Positions 34,749-37,089 of a DNA stretch of 37,089 bases are shown in pieces (the stretch's first letter is position 1; each line of letters begins with the position of its first letter). The stretch covers positions 1 to 37,089 of the forward strand of contig CALDJM010000070.1 of the NCBI GenBank assembly GCA_937899155.1, in the 5' to 3' direction. Origin of the DNA: an uncultured bacterium (GTDB lineage: Bacteria; Patescibacteriota; Dojkabacteria; SC72). Under the pieces are notes generated by a model, which saw only the letters and a program-made list of their open reading frames with translations, did no database searches and had not been told where the DNA came from. A program made the translations under genes and the position numbers.

Positions 34749-34776
34749 ATTATACAAAAAAGATGTCCTTTGACAA
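34749..34776 (-). promoter_or_regulatory. Sigma70-like promoter TTGTCA-16 nt-TATAAT upstream of ftsA
   Basis: The reverse complement of 34771-34776 is TTGTCA and of 34749-34754 is TATAAT. About 30 nt lie between the -10 and the ftsA ATG. On the plus strand an overlapping TTGACA (34770-34775)-15 nt-TATAAT (34791-34796) points toward the transposase gene. Confidence 0.4.
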
Positions 34777-34817
34777 CATCAATATAATAATATAATCAAA
34801 ATCGTATTCTTTCGCAA

Positions 34818-34841
34818 GAGGCCAGGCCTAAGCCTGGCCTC
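34818..34841. repeat. REP-like GC-rich palindrome, copy 1 (GAGGCCAGGC-CTAA-GCCTGGCCTC)
   Basis: 10-bp arms read directly. Differs from copies 2 and 3 by one central G to A change. Confidence 0.85.
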
Positions 34842-35000
34842 TGTTAAGAAATAGGTAATCGCAAAAAAGTACAATTCTAATACAGTATCCTTTGCTTGAG
34901 GCTTGTCCGTTGCAAATAGTTTTTCTTAGATTTGAACTAGCATATATCCTAAGTCCTTACTCAGTACAATCTCAGAAGATATTAAATATGTATGAATCAA

Positions 35001-35020
35001 GGCCAGGCCTAGGCCTGGCC
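35001..35020. repeat. REP-like GC-rich perfect palindrome, copy 2 (GGCCAGGCCTAGGCCTGGCC)
   Basis: 20-bp perfect palindrome, 42 nt upstream of the transposase ATG. Shares the right flank TC(A/T)GTTAA with copy 1. Confidence 0.88.
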
Positions 35021-35062
35021 TCAGTTAATCTAAATTTAATAATTGTTCTGTATGATTGAATT

Positions 35063-35581
35063 ATGAGCAAATTACCAACCAAATTCATATACAGAAAAAA
35101 CTCTTTTTACCACATATATAACAGAGGGAATGAGAAAAAAGAGATATTTCGAGGAAAGAAAGACTACAAAGTTTTCAAAAACCAGTTTTTTAAATATTGC
35201 AAAAAATATCGCCTATTGAGTATTTCTTTCTGCCTGATGCCAAACCATTACCATCTGATCATAAAATGCTGGAAAAACAAAGATGATATTTCGAAATTTA
35301 TGCATGCATTTATGACCTCTTATGTTATGTACTTCAATCGAGAACATAAAAGAGTTGGTCGATTATTTCAATCACCCTTCCAAATAAGAAGGATAACAGA
35401 CCTAAAAGATTTACACACCGTTATAAACTACCTTAGAAAGAACCCTCTAGAAGCAGAACTCCTTTCTGGGCTACCTTTAGAAAAATACGAATGGTTTTAC
35501 TTACGAGATAGAATGAAAAAAGTCAAAAAGAAAAACATTTTAAGTGAAGATGAACAGATTCTAAACTCAGGCCAGGCCTAG
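35063..35581 (+). CDS. IS200/IS605-type Y1 (HUH) transposase, REP-associated tyrosine transposase (RAYT)-like
   Basis: 172 aa. FYHIYNRGNEKKEIF, HUH motif MPNHYHLII, GRLFQSPFQ, catalytic Tyr region INYLRKNPLEA. Flanked by the palindromes. Confidence 0.8.
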   Translation: MSKLPTKFIYRKNSFYHIYNRGNEKKEIFRGKKDYKVFKNQFFKYCKKYRLLSISFCLMPNHYHLIIKCWKNKDDISKFMHAFMTSYVMYFNREHKRVGRLFQSPFQIRRITDLKDLHTVINYLRKNPLEAELLSGLPLEKYEWFYLRDRMKKVKKKNILSEDEQILNSGQA

Positions 35582-35592
35582 GCCTGGCCTGA
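35567..35592. repeat. REP-like perfect palindrome, copy 3 (26 bp: TCAGGCCAGGCCTAGGCCTGGCCTGA)
   Basis: Contains the TAG stop (35579-35581) of the transposase ORF at its centre. Ends 6 nt from the ftsQ-like stop on the other strand, so it could act as a bidirectional terminator hairpin. Confidence 0.88.
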
Positions 35593-35598
35593 AAGAAG

Positions 35599-36432
35599 CT
35601 AGTTTTTAACAACAGGCCTATTAAACCTAGCATCAACCTCTTTGTACTCCATACTTTCACTTCTGACCTTACCCATTACAACAAAATACCTAGCTAATTG
35701 CTCTTCTATATCTCCAGAAAGTGTAAATCTAGCAATTCTCTCTTTGTCATCTTTAATCTCCACAATATTTTCCTTTAGGCTAACCTCTTTTATATCAATC
35801 TCAAAAGACCTAACAATTTTAATTATCTTCGAAATTGTCTCCATCACTAAAAGCTTCTCTCCTCCACTATCCAACTTAGCAATATCAACATCATTTGACT
35901 GGAAAAGATAGTAACTCCCTTTAGAATGAAAATCTATACAACATGCACTGATATCCTCCTCCTGCTCACAAAGATTTTCTAAAACAACCCCATCAACAGA
36001 AAGAAGTGTACATCGAGAATCTTTTGTATATGCAACAATTTTTGGAGGGAATGTTTTTAATACAACAACTAAAGAATTAGGAACATTTTTAGAAACAGTA
36101 GCAAACTGAACATACGAAATTTCATCAGCCAACTCCTTGGCCAGCTTGCTAGAATGTATTGAGAAAAAATTCCTTCCCTTTATCTCTTTTTTTAAATAAT
36201 CTTCTACTATCTTATGCACTTTCCCATCTACTTCTCCCCCATCTTCCTGCAAAATTTCAAATTTGCGAATATTCCAAAGACCAGCAAGAATAGAAATCAC
36301 TAAGAGCAAAAGAAAAACAAGAATCGGTAGGTTCTTTTTAAGAAAGACAATTGGTCTAAACCTAGACATTCTTTCTTTAAACCAGTTTTTATTTGAAGTT
36401 TTAATAATTCTTCGTTCCCTTATTTCGTCCAT
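35599..36432 (-). CDS. ftsQ: FtsQ/DivIB-like cell division protein (single TM helix plus POTRA-like region)
   Basis: 277 aa. Basic N-terminus, TM helix LPILVFLLLLVISILAGLW, then FFSIHSSKLAKELADEISYVQFATVSKNVPNSLVVVLKTFPPKIVAY, which matches the POTRA_1 pattern by eye. Position upstream of ftsA-ftsZ. Confidence 0.7.
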   Translation of the reverse strand: MDEIRERRIIKTSNKNWFKERMSRFRPIVFLKKNLPILVFLLLLVISILAGLWNIRKFEILQEDGGEVDGKVHKIVEDYLKKEIKGRNFFSIHSSKLAKELADEISYVQFATVSKNVPNSLVVVLKTFPPKIVAYTKDSRCTLLSVDGVVLENLCEQEEDISACCIDFHSKGSYYLFQSNDVDIAKLDSGGEKLLVMETISKIIKIVRSFEIDIKEVSLKENIVEIKDDKERIARFTLSGDIEEQLARYFVVMGKVRSESMEYKEVDARFNRPVVKN

Positions 36433-36514
36433 ATAGTATTAAAACAATATTAACATTACCAACAAAAAAGTGGAACATGTATTTATTTATTAAGTAATGA
36501 TATGATACTTGCTT

Positions 36515-37056
36515 ATGATATCGGATTTGTTAATGACAGCAACCATCTGGATGGGAAAACTAGGTTATACTGGTGTTTTCATCTCATCTGTGGGCATTCT
36601 ACCAGCAGAAGTTGTGATTGTTATGGTAGGAGCAAACAAACCAGACAAACTGATACAAATTGCCCTGGTTACAGCTTTTGGTGAAATTGTTGGTGGCCTC
36701 ATAACATATGCTTTTGGTTACTATTTCAGAAACAAGGATATTCTGAAATTTCTCAGAGGAAAAGGAAAGTTTTTAAACATTTCAGAAAAGGCCTTTGAAA
36801 AAGGTAAAAAGGATATTACAAAGAAGGGTTTTATCTATCTAATGCTTACAAGATTTACACCTGGTCTTAGAGTCTTAACACTTATTGTAGCTGGATATTT
36901 AGAATACAATGTTTTATCAGCTTCGATTGCAATTCTTATAGGGACATTTATATATGCCTACGGTTTTGCATATCTTGGAGCAGAAATAGGTTTTAACTGG
37001 TTTGAAATTAAGGGAATACTGGATACTATTAATAGTATTTTAACATTCTTAACAGC
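36515..37056 (+). CDS. DedA/VTT-domain membrane protein, 3-prime partial (runs into adapter at the contig end); not in the supplied ORF track
   Basis: My own translation from ATG 36515: MISDLLMTATIWMGKLGYTGVFISSVGILPAEVVIVMVGA...LTRFTPGLRVLTLIVAGYL...; paralogous to the 7581-8213 product. No stop codon before the adapter. The track ORF 36502-36684 is in a different frame. Confidence 0.75.
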
Positions 37057-37089
37057 AGATCGGAAGAGCACACGTCTGAACTCCAGTCA
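37057..37089. other. Illumina TruSeq adapter sequence (AGATCGGAAGAGCACACGTCTGAACTCCAGTCA), non-biological
   Basis: Exact 33-nt match to the standard TruSeq read-1 adapter, recalled from common knowledge, at the extreme 3-prime end. Confidence 0.97.

Noticed and set aside
34842-35062. Small ORFs reading through the REP palindromes (for example MYESRPGLGLASVNLNLIIVLYD), and a possible fourth degenerate REP half-site near 34897-34907.
   Set aside because: The ORFs have no start signals and their content is dictated by the palindrome. The half-site matches only about 8 of 11 positions and has no partner arm.
36502-36684. 60 aa track ORF (MILAYDIGFVNDSNHLDG...).
   Set aside because: A different frame starting at 36515 gives an uninterrupted DedA-family protein to the contig end. 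The 60 aa ORF is an out-of-frame by-product.
1-37089. Alternative genetic code (UGA recoding as in some CPR lineages), and CRISPR arrays.
   Set aside because: TGA terminates gatB exactly where gatC starts (ATGA) and ends other well-conserved genes at their expected lengths. No regularly spaced direct repeats were seen anywhere in the window.

Overview
This is a 37 kb, visibly AT-rich bacterial contig (GC not computed). It uses the standard genetic code: the gatB TGA stop overlaps the gatC ATG, and long ORFs stay intact. I infer a Patescibacteria/CPR-type metagenome-assembled genome from the gene content and style: compact housekeeping genes, many N-terminally anchored orphan exoproteins, ribosomal proteins with charged extensions, GatCAB, and a minimal ftsQ-ftsA-ftsZ-ftsW block.

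Recognisable genes:
- Translation and RNA: rplS, rplU, rpmA, gatB, gatC, a disrupted gatA, a TrmH/RlmB-type methyltransferase, rnhB.
- Division and segregation: ftsQ-like, ftsA, ftsZ, ftsW, parA, parB.
- Other: gpmI, two DedA paralogs, DUF192, a HelD-like helicase coupled to an RNHCP zinc protein, a PAP2 phosphatase, a CofE-like ligase, dCMP deaminase, YtxH, SanA, lepB.
- Six tRNAs: Gly-UCC, Lys-UUU, Gly-CCC, Thr-CGU, Leu-UAG, Glu-UUC.

Most notable observations:
1. Three GC-rich perfect palindromes flank an IS200/RAYT-type Y1 transposase gene inserted between ftsQ and ftsA.
2. A tRNA-bounded islet carries three orphan genes. Two of them share a repeated, unrecognised domain of about 30 residues. 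The islet also holds a 16-bp palindrome and a long SD-sequestering hairpin.
3. gatA is broken by a deletion of about 90 nt plus a frameshift.
4. Three enzyme-fold proteins lack catalytic residues: a cupin PGI-like, a transglutaminase-like and a Fic-like protein.
5. A Cys/Glu-rich exoprotein paralog pair brackets the CofE-like gene, with a 26-bp-identical relic of a third copy.
6. A -10 box sits 5-8 nt upstream of many start codons, suggesting leaderless mRNAs, and a TAGTA(G/T)AAT box precedes four tRNA genes.
7. The last 33 nt are an untrimmed Illumina adapter.

No CRISPR array or rRNA was seen.
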